A stretch of 56,189 nucleotides of DNA from Acidobacteriota bacterium (GCA_003697015.1 RFGL01000092.1:1-56189); one strand, 5' to 3'; positions 9,213 to 19,730 are shown, counted from the stretch's first letter. Numbers and translations: made by a program. Notes: generated by a model not told the origin, from the letters alone.

Positions 9213-12200
9213 ATGAGCCGAGCCAGCAGCACCGAGCGAGGGGCGGAGGTCGCCGCCGGCCAGCGCCGGGCGCTGGTGGCGTGCGTGCTGAGCAAGCTGA
9301 GCGGCCGCCGGGGCGAGCTGCCGCCCTCGGCGGCGGAGACCCTGGTCGAGCGCTACGTCGCCAGCATGGCGGAGGAGGACCTGGAGAGCAGCCGGCCGGA
9401 CGATCTCTGCGGCGCCATCCTGTCGCTGCTCGAGCTGGCCTGGCGGCGGCGGCCGGGGCAGGTGGAGATCCGGCTCTTGAACCCCACCCTCGAGGAACAC
9501 GGCTGGTCGTCGGAGCACACGATCATCGAGCTGGTCAACGACGACATGCCCTTCCTCGTCGACTCCCTCACCGCGGCGCTCAACCAGCGCGAGCTCGGCG
9601 TCCACCAGGTGGTGCATCCCCAGTACGCGGTGCGCCGGGCGGCGGACGGTACCCTGCGCGACGTCCTCGATCCCACCGCCGGCAAGAAGGCGCCGCGCGA
9701 GTCGTTCATGCATCTGGAGATCGACCCGCAGCGCGCCTCGGCCCAGCTGCTGGAGATCGAGGCCCATCTGCGCCGGGTCCTCGGCGACGTGCGGGCGGCG
9801 GTCGAGGACTGGCAGGCCATGCGCCGCAAGGTGACCGAGGTCGTCGAACGCCTGCGCGCCGCGCCGCCGCCGTCGGTACCGGAGGAGGAGCTCGAGGAGA
9901 GCCTGCTCTTTCTCGACTGGGTGCACGACAACCACTTCACCTTCCTCGCCTACCGCCGCTACCGCCTGCTCGAGCGCGACGGCGACGAGTACCTGAGGCC
10001 GTTGGCCGAGTCGGGTCTCGGCCTGGCGCGCAGCGTCTCCCTCGGCGCCCGGGTGGGGGGGGAGAAGCCCCTGCTGCCCGCCATCCGCGCCTTCTTTCGC
10101 GGCCCCAAGGTGCTCAGCATCTCCAAGTCCAACCACCGCTCGACGGTCCACCGTCCGGTGCACATGGACCTGATTTCGGTCAAGCGCTTCGATCGTCGCG
10201 GCCGGGTGGTGGGGGAAGATCGCATCACCGGCCTCTTCACCTCCACCGCCTACACCCTCGCCGCCAGCGAGATCCCCCTGGTGCGCAAGAAGGTCAGGCG
10301 GGTGCTCGAGCGCTCGGCTTTTCTCCCCGCCAGCCACGACGCCAAGGCCCTGCGCGCCATCCTCGACCACTACTCGCGCGACGAGCTCTTCCAGATCTCC
10401 GAGGACGACCTCTACCGATTCGCCCACCGCATCCTCAAGCTCCAGCTGCGGCCCCGGCTGGCGCTGCTGGTGCGCTACGACGAGGCCGACCGCTTCGCCT
10501 CCTGCATGGTCTACGTGCCGCGGGACCGCCACAATACCGAGCGTCGTCTGCGCATGCAGGAGCTGTTGGAGGAGGCCTTCGGCGGGTCGGTCACGGCCTA
10601 CTACACGCGGCTGTCGGACCGCCCTCTGGCGCAGCTTCACTTCATCGTCCGCCTGGAGTCGGACAAACACCGCCAGGTCGACGTCGCCGCCCTCGAGCAG
10701 CGCCTGGCGGCGGTGGCGCGGTCGTGGGGCGATCGACTGCGCGAGGTGATGGTGGAGCGCCACGGCGAGGAGCACGGTCTGGTCGTCTGGCGGCGCTATC
10801 GCGACGCCTTCCCCGTGCCCTACCAGGCCCACGCCTCGGTCGACGACGCCGTCGAGGACGCGGCGGTGATCGACCGGGTGCTGGAATGCGGCAGCCTGGG
10901 GATGCGTCTCTACCGCGTCGCCGGTGCGGCGGCCAGCCGCTTCCACTTCCGCACCTTCGAGCTGGCGGTGCCGGCACCGGTGTCGATCTTCCTGCCGATG
11001 CTCGAGAACATGGGGCTCGAGGTGTTGAGCGAGATCCCCTTCGAGGTGCGGCCGGCGGACGCCGTGCACCCGATCTGGATCCGCGACTTCGAGCTCCAGG
11101 CGCCGATCGACGTCGATCTCGAAGGCATGCGCGAGCGCTTTCAGGAGGCCTTCGCCCGGGTGTGGACCGGCGAGGTGGAGAACGACGATTGGAACCGCCT
11201 GGTGCTGCGCGCCGGCCTGACCTGGCGCGAGGCGGTGATGCTGCGCGCCTACGCCCGCTACCTGCGCCAGGCCGGGGTCGCCTTCAGCCAGCGCTACATG
11301 GTCGACACCCTGGTGCGCTACCCGCAGATCACCCGCACCCTGATGCGCCTCTTTCACACCCAGCTCGATCCGCGGCGCGGCAAGGGAGAGAAGCGCAGCC
11401 GGGCCCTGGCGCGGCGGGTGCGCCGGCAGTTGGAGGGGGTCGAGCGGCTCGACGAGGACCGCATCCTGCGCCACTTCCTGCTCCTCATCCGCCGTACCCT
11501 GCGCACCAACTACTATCAGGCCGGCGGCGACGGCGAGCCCAAGTCCTATCTGTCGTTCAAGCTCGACGCCAGCGCCATCCCCTTTCTGCCGCAACCGCGG
11601 CCGCGATACGAGATCTACGTCTACGCCCCGCGCTTCGAGGCGGTGCACCTGCGCGGCGGCAAGGTCGCCCGCGGCGGCATCCGCTGGTCCGACCGGCGGG
11701 AGGATTTCCGCACCGAGATCCTCGGCCTGGTCAAGGCGCAGATGGTCAAGAACGCGGTCATCGTCCCGGTCGGCGCCAAGGGCGGCTTCGTGCTCAAGCA
11801 ACCGCCGGCGGAGGGCGGCCGGGAGGCGCTCGAGGCCGAGGCCAGGCTGTGCTATCAGGAGATGATCCGCGGCCTCCTCGACCTGACCGACAACTACCGC
11901 GGCGAAGACGTGGTGCCGCCGCCCGACGCGGTGCGTCGCGACGACGACGATCCCTACCTGGTGGTCGCCGCCGACAAGGGCACCGCGACCTTCTCCGACC
12001 TCGCCAACGAGGTGGCGGCGGAGTACGACTTCTGGCTCGGCGACGCCTTCGCCTCCGGCGGCTCGGCGGGCTATGACCACAAGAAGATGGGGATCACCGC
12101 CCGCGGTGCCTGGGAGTCGGTCAAGGACCACTTCCGCCACCTCGACGTCGACGTCCAGCGCGACGTCTTCACCGCCGTCGGCGTCGGCGACATGTCGGGG

Positions 12201-14048
12201 GACGTCTTCGGCAACGGCATGCTGCAGAGCGAGACCCTGAAGCTGGTCGGCGCCTTCAACCACCTGCACGTCTTCGTCGATCCGGATCCCGATCCGGCGA
12301 CCTCCTACGCCGAGCGCCGGCGCCTCTTCGATGCGCGCCTGGGGTGGGACGGCTACGACCGCGACAAGCTCTCCCCCGGCGGCGCCGTCTTCGACCGCCA
12401 TGCCAAGCGCATCACGGTCAGCGAGGAGGTGAAGGCACGTTTCGGCCTGGCCGACGTCAAGACCACCCCCGCCGCCCTGATCCGGGCGCTGCTCACCGCC
12501 GACGTCGACCTGCTGTGGCTCGGCGGCATCGGCACCTACGTCAAAGCCAGGGCGGAGAGCCACCTCGAGGTCGGCGACCGCGCCAACGACGAGGTGCGCG
12601 TCGACGGCGGCGATCTGCGCGCCAAGGTGGTGGCCGAAGGGGCCAATCTCGGATTCACCCAGGCCGGCCGCATCGAGTACGCCCGCGCCGGCGGGCGCAT
12701 CAACACCGATTTCATCGACAACAGTGCCGGCGTCGACACCTCGGACCACGAGGTCAACATCAAGATCGTGCTGCAGGAGGCGATGGCCGCCGGCGAGCTC
12801 GATCGGCCGGCGCGCGATCGCCTGCTGGAGGAGATGACCGACGAGGTGGCGGCGCTGGTGCTGCGCGACAACTACCAGCAGGCGCGGTCCCTGAGCTTCG
12901 CCGCCGCCCACAGCGCCGAGTCGATCGACGACCACCTGCGTCTGATGCACGACCTGGAGCGGGAGGTCAAGCTCAATCGCCAGCTCGAGGGCCTGCCGGA
13001 CGACGCCAGCCTGCTCGAGCGGCGCGACGGCCTCACCCGGCCGGAGCTGGCGGTGCTGCTGGCCTACAGCAAGATCGCGGTCTACAACCAGCTGCTGGAC
13101 TCCGACCTGCCCGACGAACCCGAGCTGGAAGAGGACCTGGTGCGCTACTTTCCGGCGCCGATGCAGCGCCGTTACCGGCCGCTGATCCTGCGCCACCGCC
13201 TGCGCCGCGAGCTGATCGCCACCCACGTCACCAACTCGATGATCAACCGCGTCGGGCCGGCCTTCGTCGCCCGCACCGCCGCCCTCTTCGGCCGCACGGT
13301 GAGCGACGTCGCCCGCGCCTACACCGCGGCGCGCGACGTCTTCGAGGTGCGCACCGTGTGGGAGGGCATCGAGGGCTTGGACAACCGGGTGCCGTTCGCG
13401 CTCCAGCTGGAGCTCACCGCCGAGGTGGTGCGGTTGCTCGAGCGGGTGACGCGCTGGTTCCTGCGCTACGGCCCGCGGCCGCTGGAAGTCGCGGCCTGCG
13501 TCGCCGACTACCACGCCGACGTGCTGGTGCTGGCGGCGCAGATCGAGGACCTGCTGCCGGCCCGCGCCCGGCGCATGCTGCGCGAGCGCTACCGGCGGCT
13601 GCACAAGAAGAACGTGCCCCTGAACCTCGCCCGTCACGTCGCCAGCCTGGCGCTGCTGCCGGCGAGCTGCGACGTGGTGCGGGTGGCGCGGGCGACCGGC
13701 GTCGGGGTCGAGCGGGTGGGGCAGATCTACTTCGCCGTCGGCGAGCGTTTCCACGTCGACCGCCTGGGACGGGCGGCGCGCCGGGTGCGGGCCGAGGACC
13801 GCTGGCAGAAGGCGGCGGTCGGCGGCGCCCTGGAGGATCTGTACGCCTATCAGGCCGCCCTCGCCCGCCAGGTGGTAGAGGTCAGCGACGGCAAGCCGAA
13901 AAAGGCGATCGACGCCTGGATCGCCGCGCGTCCCGAAGCGGTGACGCGCCTCGACCAGCTGGTCGCCGACGTCGACGCCACCGGCAAGCTCGAGCCGGCG
14001 GTGCTGATCGTCGCCGCCCGCGAGCTGCGACGGCTGGTCGAGGGGTGA
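9213..14048 (+). CDS. gdhB: Large NAD-specific glutamate dehydrogenase (GDH2 type)
   Basis: About 1610 aa with DDMPFLVDS, ARGGIRWSDRREDFRTE, VVAADKGTATFSD, GYDHKKMGITARGAWES, GDMSGDVFGNGML, SDHEVNIKI. Start 9183 (GTG) or 9213 (ATG). Confidence 0.96.
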   Translation: MSRASSTERGAEVAAGQRRALVACVLSKLSGRRGELPPSAAETLVERYVASMAEEDLESSRPDDLCGAILSLLELAWRRRPGQVEIRLLNPTLEEHGWSSEHTIIELVNDDMPFLVDSLTAALNQRELGVHQVVHPQYAVRRAADGTLRDVLDPTAGKKAPRESFMHLEIDPQRASAQLLEIEAHLRRVLGDVRAAVEDWQAMRRKVTEVVERLRAAPPPSVPEEELEESLLFLDWVHDNHFTFLAYRRYRLLERDGDEYLRPLAESGLGLARSVSLGARVGGEKPLLPAIRAFFRGPKVLSISKSNHRSTVHRPVHMDLISVKRFDRRGRVVGEDRITGLFTSTAYTLAASEIPLVRKKVRRVLERSAFLPASHDAKALRAILDHYSRDELFQISEDDLYRFAHRILKLQLRPRLALLVRYDEADRFASCMVYVPRDRHNTERRLRMQELLEEAFGGSVTAYYTRLSDRPLAQLHFIVRLESDKHRQVDVAALEQRLAAVARSWGDRLREVMVERHGEEHGLVVWRRYRDAFPVPYQAHASVDDAVEDAAVIDRVLECGSLGMRLYRVAGAAASRFHFRTFELAVPAPVSIFLPMLENMGLEVLSEIPFEVRPADAVHPIWIRDFELQAPIDVDLEGMRERFQEAFARVWTGEVENDDWNRLVLRAGLTWREAVMLRAYARYLRQAGVAFSQRYMVDTLVRYPQITRTLMRLFHTQLDPRRGKGEKRSRALARRVRRQLEGVERLDEDRILRHFLLLIRRTLRTNYYQAGGDGEPKSYLSFKLDASAIPFLPQPRPRYEIYVYAPRFEAVHLRGGKVARGGIRWSDRREDFRTEILGLVKAQMVKNAVIVPVGAKGGFVLKQPPAEGGREALEAEARLCYQEMIRGLLDLTDNYRGEDVVPPPDAVRRDDDDPYLVVAADKGTATFSDLANEVAAEYDFWLGDAFASGGSAGYDHKKMGITARGAWESVKDHFRHLDVDVQRDVFTAVGVGDMSGDVFGNGMLQSETLKLVGAFNHLHVFVDPDPDPATSYAERRRLFDARLGWDGYDRDKLSPGGAVFDRHAKRITVSEEVKARFGLADVKTTPAALIRALLTADVDLLWLGGIGTYVKARAESHLEVGDRANDEVRVDGGDLRAKVVAEGANLGFTQAGRIEYARAGGRINTDFIDNSAGVDTSDHEVNIKIVLQEAMAAGELDRPARDRLLEEMTDEVAALVLRDNYQQARSLSFAAAHSAESIDDHLRLMHDLEREVKLNRQLEGLPDDASLLERRDGLTRPELAVLLAYSKIAVYNQLLDSDLPDEPELEEDLVRYFPAPMQRRYRPLILRHRLRRELIATHVTNSMINRVGPAFVARTAALFGRTVSDVARAYTAARDVFEVRTVWEGIEGLDNRVPFALQLELTAEVVRLLERVTRWFLRYGPRPLEVAACVADYHADVLVLAAQIEDLLPARARRMLRERYRRLHKKNVPLNLARHVASLALLPASCDVVRVARATGVGVERVGQIYFAVGERFHVDRLGRAARRVRAEDRWQKAAVGGALEDLYAYQAALARQVVEVSDGKPKKAIDAWIAARPEAVTRLDQLVADVDATGKLEPAVLIVAARELRRLVEG

Positions 14049-14051
14049 TGG

Positions 14052-14318
14052 ATGGGCAATTTCCCCGGCGGCAGCGCCTTCGCCATGGTCGCCCAGATCA
14101 CCGAGGGCTATCTGCTGGTCACCGAGCGCACCTTCCGCCGCCTGGCGCCGCCCGAGCTCGAGCAACTGGCCTTCGAGATCGACAAGCGCCTGCGCGGCCT
14201 GCGCAGCGAGTCGCCCCCCTTAGAAGACGTCGCCGCCCTCAAGGCGCGCAACCGCCGCCTGCAACGCTTGAACGGCGCCCGCCTCATGCTTCAGACCTAC
14301 CGGCGCCGCCGGCGCTGA
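14052..14318 (+). CDS. Small hypothetical protein (88 aa), probably co-transcribed with gdh
   Basis: Starts 3 nt after the gdh stop, host-like codon use, helical sequence (GGSAFAMVAQITEGY...RNRRLQRL). Confidence 0.65.
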   Translation: MGNFPGGSAFAMVAQITEGYLLVTERTFRRLAPPELEQLAFEIDKRLRGLRSESPPLEDVAALKARNRRLQRLNGARLMLQTYRRRRR

Positions 14319-15042
14319 GGTCGACGACCCAGGCGTCGGGCACGGAGGCCTCGACCACGTGGCGGGCGAGGGCGAGCCAGGGGGGGCCGTGGTCGAGGAT
14401 GCCGCCGTCGGCGGTGGCGACGACGTCGCCGGCCGGCTCGCCGGCGGCGGCGATCAGGATCGGGTCGGGGTTGGGCACCAGGCGGACGCGCCAGGGCCAG
14501 GCGTGGGCGGCGGCGGCCTCGGCGAGCCAGCCGGCGAGGCGGCCGCTGTTGGAAATCGGCCGGTCGAGGAACCAGATCGTCTCCTCCGGCCGCCAGCGGG
14601 CGAGCCAGCGGCCGATGCGGTCGATCGCCGGTCGCGTCTGCCGCACCCGCCGGTAATGGCTCGACATCGCCGCCAGATCGCGCAGGTTGTCGTCGCGGCC
14701 ACGCAGGACGACGGCCCCGGCGAGGGCCGCCTCCACCGTCAGCAGCACGTTGTAGCCGTCGATCAACACCCGCCGGCCGGCGATCGCCGCCGGCGCCACC
14801 TCCCGCGCCCGTCGCGCCACCCGTTTCTCCTCCGCCACCGCGCAGCGCTGAAGCGCCTTGCGCTGGCGCAGGCGCAGCTTGTGGCGATCCCCCACCAGCT
14901 TGAGGGAGGCGACGTCGGAGTAGCCGCGCGACAGAAGCCACGAGAGCTCGTCGCACGCCCGCCGCAGCACCGGCACCTGAGCGGTGGCAAAACACGCCGC
15001 GTCCTTGGGGTGAGCCCCCCGGTTCTGCCGTCGATCGGGCAT
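14284..15042 (-). CDS. DUF434 domain-containing protein (PIN/NYN-like)
   Basis: LSWLLSRGY, LVGDRHKL, IDGYNVLLTVE, LDRPISNSGRL and TADGGILD motifs. Confidence 0.8.
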   Translation of the reverse strand: MPDRRQNRGAHPKDAACFATAQVPVLRRACDELSWLLSRGYSDVASLKLVGDRHKLRLRQRKALQRCAVAEEKRVARRAREVAPAAIAGRRVLIDGYNVLLTVEAALAGAVVLRGRDDNLRDLAAMSSHYRRVRQTRPAIDRIGRWLARWRPEETIWFLDRPISNSGRLAGWLAEAAAAHAWPWRVRLVPNPDPILIAAAGEPAGDVVATADGGILDHGPPWLALARHVVEASVPDAWVVDLSAGGAGRSEA

Positions 15043-15045
15043 TGA

Positions 15046-15663
15046 TTATCCGGCGTCTCTTCGGCTCAACCTCGCCTCGAGCTCGCGGCAGAGTTTGTCG
15101 AAGGAAGGACACCGTCGCCGGCACAGGGTCAGATCCATCCTCGCCGTCATCGACGGCTGGTCAGCGGTCTCGCTGTACTTCGGGCCTCGGAAACGCTTCG
15201 TGATCCAACCCTTTCCGGCCCGTTTCCCCTCGGGATCCTCCGGCGGCTCTTCCGGCTGGAGCTCCAGCAGCTCGCGCAGCGACTCCGCCGCACCGACGAA
15301 CCACGTCTCGTATTCCACCGTCGCCACGACGCACGCGACGTCGGCGTCGCCGCGGGTCTTCCGGGCCCGAGCCAGCAGCTTCGGCCCGAGGATGCACGGA
15401 GGGTCCTCGTCCGCGTCGATCAGGATGAGAATCAATCCCGACGACAGCTCTTCGCATCGTTCTTGCAGCTTCAGTGCGGCCAGCTGAACCGCCCGCCCCA
15501 GCTCGTCGTTCTTCTCCGACAGCAGAGAGCTGCGGCGCCGGCGGATCGGGCGTATGACCTGCGGGTAGTCGAGATCGAATTGCTCCGCGATGCGCGTCAA
15601 GAGGAGCCGGATCGACTCCTGCTCCCCGTGACCCTCGACGATCGGAGCGATGACCGCCGTCAT
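15046..15663 (-). CDS. DUF4276-family (TOPRIM-like) protein
   Basis: IVEGHGE, ILIDADEDPPC, EYETWF, YSETADQ, CPSFDKLCR. Overlaps the ATPase stop by 4 nt. Confidence 0.85.
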   Translation of the reverse strand: MTAVIAPIVEGHGEQESIRLLLTRIAEQFDLDYPQVIRPIRRRRSSLLSEKNDELGRAVQLAALKLQERCEELSSGLILILIDADEDPPCILGPKLLARARKTRGDADVACVVATVEYETWFVGAAESLRELLELQPEEPPEDPEGKRAGKGWITKRFRGPKYSETADQPSMTARMDLTLCRRRCPSFDKLCRELEARLSRRDAG

Positions 15664-16913
15664 GCGCGCTCCGGCACCGGCCGGCCGAAATCGATCTCCA
15701 TCTGTTGCTGGCGTCGTACGTCCGCTCGATCGACTTCGATCTGATCCATTCTCAACAGATCGCCGGCTGAATACAGGTGCGAGCGAACCGCCTCTACACT
15801 CGCTCGATCGGCCGCGGCGACGTGCGTCTTGCCATCCTCGGAAACCACCGCCAGGAGCCCTTCGTCGTCCGCGTGCTCGCCGTCAAAGCGGATTTCATCG
15901 AGCAAGTCCGGGCTGTGGCTGGTGACGACCACCTGGGTGTGCTCGACGGCCTCACGGAGGCCGTCGACGAGAGCCGCGGTCGCCGCCGGATGAAGAGCAC
16001 TCTCGGGCTCCTCGATTCCCACCAGGGAGACCGTTTGACCGGGGGCGGACAGCTGGGAGGTGGCGATGAGCGCGCCGAGGGCGCGCAGGGTGCCGTCGGA
16101 CATGCTCTGGGCATAGAACTTCCAGGGATGCTTCGCACCCGCCACAGACTGCCGGAATTGCAAGGTTTCCCTCGGGCCGAGGGCCACTCTGCAGACGCCT
16201 GCAATTCCGGGGACGATGGTGGCTAGATAGTTTTCAACCCGCTTGACGATCGCGGGCTCCTCACGTTCCAAGCGGGCGACGACGCTGGCGACGTTCGAGC
16301 CGTCGCGATGAAGCAGCTCCCCGGCATCCGGGCTTTGGAGCTCTTTCATCGCTTCGGGGTTCAAGTTATAGAATCCCATGGAAACCAAGGCGTCGTACGC
16401 TGGTCTGAATTGAGCGAAACCGCTGGCGGCGACCAGGTAGAGGCGATCGGACAGAGGTTGAGGAAGGTTGGGCAGCGAGCCGGCCACATCGTTTTCTCGG
16501 CGTACGAATGATGCATTACCGGAGGCGGGTGACAAGATGCCCAGGCGCTCGGCGTTGACGGCGAAACCGCCCTGCGAGCGGGCCGCGATCTCGAAGCCGT
16601 AGCTCGCTTGGGTACCATCCGGCAGCTGGAACTCCACGGCGAGGGCGAAATTTCGCGGGTGGCCGGTGCTTCGACGGCGCACTTCGTTCAGGCCGCCGCG
16701 GCTCTTGATGGCGTGATCGAGAGACGTCTGCAGAGCGTCGGCGAGAAACCTCAGCGAGTCGAGAAAATTGCTCTTGCCCGAGCCGTTTCGACCGACGAGT
16801 ACGGTGAACGGAAAGAGCGAGACGTCGCACTTGCCGATGCTCTTGTAATTGCGGATCTGGACCCGGCGCAGGAACGGGCCGGTGCCAGGCCGTGATCTCC
16901 GATCGGCTACCAC
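15660..16913 (-). CDS. ABC-type AAA_21 ATPase, canonical copy
   Basis: NYKSIG, Walker A GRNGSGKS, MSDGTLR, Walker B GIEEPESALHP, TSHSP. Confidence 0.9.
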   Translation of the reverse strand: MVADRRSRPGTGPFLRRVQIRNYKSIGKCDVSLFPFTVLVGRNGSGKSNFLDSLRFLADALQTSLDHAIKSRGGLNEVRRRSTGHPRNFALAVEFQLPDGTQASYGFEIAARSQGGFAVNAERLGILSPASGNASFVRRENDVAGSLPNLPQPLSDRLYLVAASGFAQFRPAYDALVSMGFYNLNPEAMKELQSPDAGELLHRDGSNVASVVARLEREEPAIVKRVENYLATIVPGIAGVCRVALGPRETLQFRQSVAGAKHPWKFYAQSMSDGTLRALGALIATSQLSAPGQTVSLVGIEEPESALHPAATAALVDGLREAVEHTQVVVTSHSPDLLDEIRFDGEHADDEGLLAVVSEDGKTHVAAADRASVEAVRSHLYSAGDLLRMDQIEVDRADVRRQQQMEIDFGRPVPERA

Positions 16914-16947
16914 CAGGTTCTCCTCGCGGGCGAGTCTACAACAGCGG

Positions 16948-18174
16948 CTAGCCGTCGCCGTCGAAGAGGGAGAGTTGATCCTGGCGTTCGCCGGTGCGGG
17001 GGGCGGGGTGGAGTTGGTTGCGGCGCAACAGCTCGCCGACGGTGGGGTGATCGGCTCGCCGTTGTTGGGCGGCGGCGATGCGGCTGGTGCCGTCCTCGGC
17101 TTCGATCACCAGCAGGGCGTCTTTTTTCGCTTCGAGGGCGTCGATCAGCTCCGGGCTGTGGCTGGTGGCGAGGATCTGGGTGTGGGCGGCGGCTTCGCGC
17201 AGGGCGTCGACCAGGGCGGGGACGGCGGCGGGATGGAGGTCGGTCTCCGGCGTCTCGAGGCCGACCAGAGGGGCGCTGCCGCGGCGCTCGGCGTCCTGGC
17301 GGACGGCGACGAGGAGGGCGAGCGCGCGCAGGGTGCCGTCGGCCATGGCGCGGGCGGGGAGCTTCCAGGGATGGCGGGCGCCGGCCATGGTCTGGCGGAA
17401 CCGCAGGGTCTGGTAGGGCCCGAGGACGAGGCTTTCGACGCCGACGATGCCGGGGACGACGGCGCCGAGGTAGGCGGCGATGCGTTCCAGCTCCGCCGGT
17501 GCCTGGCGCTCGAGGCGGCCGACGACGCTCGCCAGGTTGGCGCCGTCGGCGGCCAGCACGGCGCCGTCGGACGGGGCGGCGAGAGCGCGGATGGCGGCGG
17601 GCTCGAAGCGGTAGAAGCGCAGGGACGAGAGCACGTCGTAGAGCGGGCGGAAGGCGTCGAAGCTGGCGGCGCGGCTGAGGTGCAGGCGGGCGCCGTCGGG
17701 AGGCGGCAAGGCGTCGATCGAGGTGCGGGTGATGGCGGCGTCGTCGCGGGCGAAATAGGCTTGGAGCCGGCCGCCGTCGTCGTCCTGGATCACCGCCGTC
17801 TCGTCGCGGATGGCGAAGCCGCCATCGCCGCGGCTCTCGACGGCGAAGCCGTAGCTCGCCAGCTGCCAGGTGGGCAGGCGCAGATCGAGCTCGAAGCGGA
17901 TGATCCGCGGGTGGCCGGTGGAGCGCCGGCGCACCGCCTCCAGCCCGCCGCGGGCGGCGATCGCTTCGGCCAGGGAGCCGCGTACCGCGTCGGCGACGAA
18001 GGCCAGGGCGTCGAGCAGATTGCTCTTGCCGGCCCCGTTGCGGCCGACGACCACCGACAGGGGCCGCAGCTCGACGTCGCCGGCGCCGATGCTCTTGTAG
18101 TTGCGCACCCGCAGCCGCCGCAAAGTCGGCCCCACCCAGCGCCACAGCTCCGTCTTCTGCCCGTCGCTTCGCAT
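16948..18174 (-). CDS. ABC-type AAA_21 ATPase paralogue with degenerate Walker B and signature
   Basis: Clearly paralogous to 15660..16913 (shared NYKSIG and RRRSTGHPR). Walker A GRNGAGKS, but MADGTLR and GLETPETDLHP. Confidence 0.85.
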   Translation of the reverse strand: MRSDGQKTELWRWVGPTLRRLRVRNYKSIGAGDVELRPLSVVVGRNGAGKSNLLDALAFVADAVRGSLAEAIAARGGLEAVRRRSTGHPRIIRFELDLRLPTWQLASYGFAVESRGDGGFAIRDETAVIQDDDGGRLQAYFARDDAAITRTSIDALPPPDGARLHLSRAASFDAFRPLYDVLSSLRFYRFEPAAIRALAAPSDGAVLAADGANLASVVGRLERQAPAELERIAAYLGAVVPGIVGVESLVLGPYQTLRFRQTMAGARHPWKLPARAMADGTLRALALLVAVRQDAERRGSAPLVGLETPETDLHPAAVPALVDALREAAAHTQILATSHSPELIDALEAKKDALLVIEAEDGTSRIAAAQQRRADHPTVGELLRRNQLHPAPRTGERQDQLSLFDGDG

Positions 18175-18611
18175 CGTTCAGTCAGGCTCGTCAGTCAGGC
18201 TCGAGGCGACGCGGATCCCGCGCGCCCTGCCGCCGGCACCGGCAAGCCCGGCGATCCGCTCGAGCGCCCGAACGGTGCGGCCGAGGGCTCCGCCCAGCGG
18301 GCGGCCGAAGCTCGGGCCGGGCGATGCGGCGTCGGAAGACTGCTGTACGCCTGCTCCGGTCGGCGTCATTGTAGCCCGGATCCCTCACCAGCCTGCCGCT
18401 GCGAGGCCGCAGCTCCCCGGATCTGCGGCGGGCTCCAGCCCGGTCGCTCGGCGCGCTGCGAGTACGCCTGTGCCGCCCCCCGGCCAGCATGCCTCGCGCG
18501 GTCAGGCGCCCTGCGGCCTTCCGCGACGAAGGCCGGAACCGGCGCGGGCCGGCCTGCCCGTCGCGGCGTCGCGGCCCGCCGCGATCCGGCAGCTTGGCGT
18601 AGGATAGCGCC

Positions 18612-19730
18612 ATGGAGACGACGAGCGACGTCCGGCCCGCTCCCCGCGTCAAGCGCATCTACAACTTCTCCCCCGGCCCGGCGATGCTGCCGGAGCCGGT
18701 GTTGGAGCAGGCGCAAGAGGACCTGTGGAGCCTCGGCGATACCGGCATCGGCATTCTCGAGCACAGCCACCGCGGCGCGGCCTTCGCCGCCGTCCTGGCC
18801 GACGCCGAGGCGCGCTGCCGGCGGCTGGCCGGCCTGGGGGACGAATGGGCGGTGCTTTTTCTGCAAGGCGGCGCCACCTTGCAGTTCGCCATGGTGCCGA
18901 TGAATTTTCTTTCCCCCGGCACCACCGCCGACTACCTTCACACCGGCGCTTGGACCCGGAAGGCGATCGCCTACGCCCGAGCCTACGGCGACGTCCACCT
19001 GGCATTCGACGGCGAGAGCTGCGCCTTCGACCACGTGCCGGAGCCGGCGGAGATCGCTCTCAGCGCCGAACCGGTCTATGCCTGGTACTGCTCCAACAAC
19101 ACCATCGCCGGCACCCAATATCCATCGCCGCCCGAGGTCGCCGCCCCCCTGATCTGCGATGCCAGCTCCGACGTCTTCGGCCGTCCGCTGCCCGTTGCCG
19201 GCCACGCCATGGTGATCGCCGGCGCGCAGAAGAACCTGGGGCCGGCGGGCTGCACCCTGGTGCTGGCGCGGCGCGACTTCCTCGAGCGCGCCCGCCGCGA
19301 TCTGCCGCCGATCCTCGATTACCGGCAACACGACGCCAAAGGCTCCTGTCTCAACACCCCGCCGGCCTTCGCCATCCACGTCATGGGGCTGGTCTTCCGC
19401 TGGCTCGAAGAGCAGGGCGGGCTGGAGGCGATGGCGCGCCGGAACGCCGCCAAGGCCCAGCTGATCTACGACGCCATCGACCGCAGCGGCGGCTTCTACC
19501 GGGCGGTGGCCCGGCCCGGCTCGCGCTCGTCGATGAACGTCACCTTCCGCACTCCCAGCGCCGATCTCGACGCGCGCTTCGCCGACGAGGCATTGGCCCA
19601 CGACATGTCCGGGTTGAAAGGCCACCGCAGCGTCGGCGGCCTGCGGGCGTCGATCTACAACGCCTTCCCCCCCTCCGGCTGCCGTACCCTGGCCGACTTC
19701 ATGGACGACTTCGCCGCCCGCCACGGCTGA
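18612..19730 (+). CDS. serC: Phosphoserine aminotransferase
   Basis: YNFSPGPAMLP, QGGA, AGAQKNLGPAG (PLP lysine), NTPP, GHRSVGGLRASIYNA. Confidence 0.96.
   Translation: METTSDVRPAPRVKRIYNFSPGPAMLPEPVLEQAQEDLWSLGDTGIGILEHSHRGAAFAAVLADAEARCRRLAGLGDEWAVLFLQGGATLQFAMVPMNFLSPGTTADYLHTGAWTRKAIAYARAYGDVHLAFDGESCAFDHVPEPAEIALSAEPVYAWYCSNNTIAGTQYPSPPEVAAPLICDASSDVFGRPLPVAGHAMVIAGAQKNLGPAGCTLVLARRDFLERARRDLPPILDYRQHDAKGSCLNTPPAFAIHVMGLVFRWLEEQGGLEAMARRNAAKAQLIYDAIDRSGGFYRAVARPGSRSSMNVTFRTPSADLDARFADEALAHDMSGLKGHRSVGGLRASIYNAFPPSGCRTLADFMDDFAARHG

Noticed and set aside
9180-14165. 1661-aa minus-strand ORF
   Set aside because: Antisense shadow of the GDH gene caused by high-GC codon bias; no motifs.
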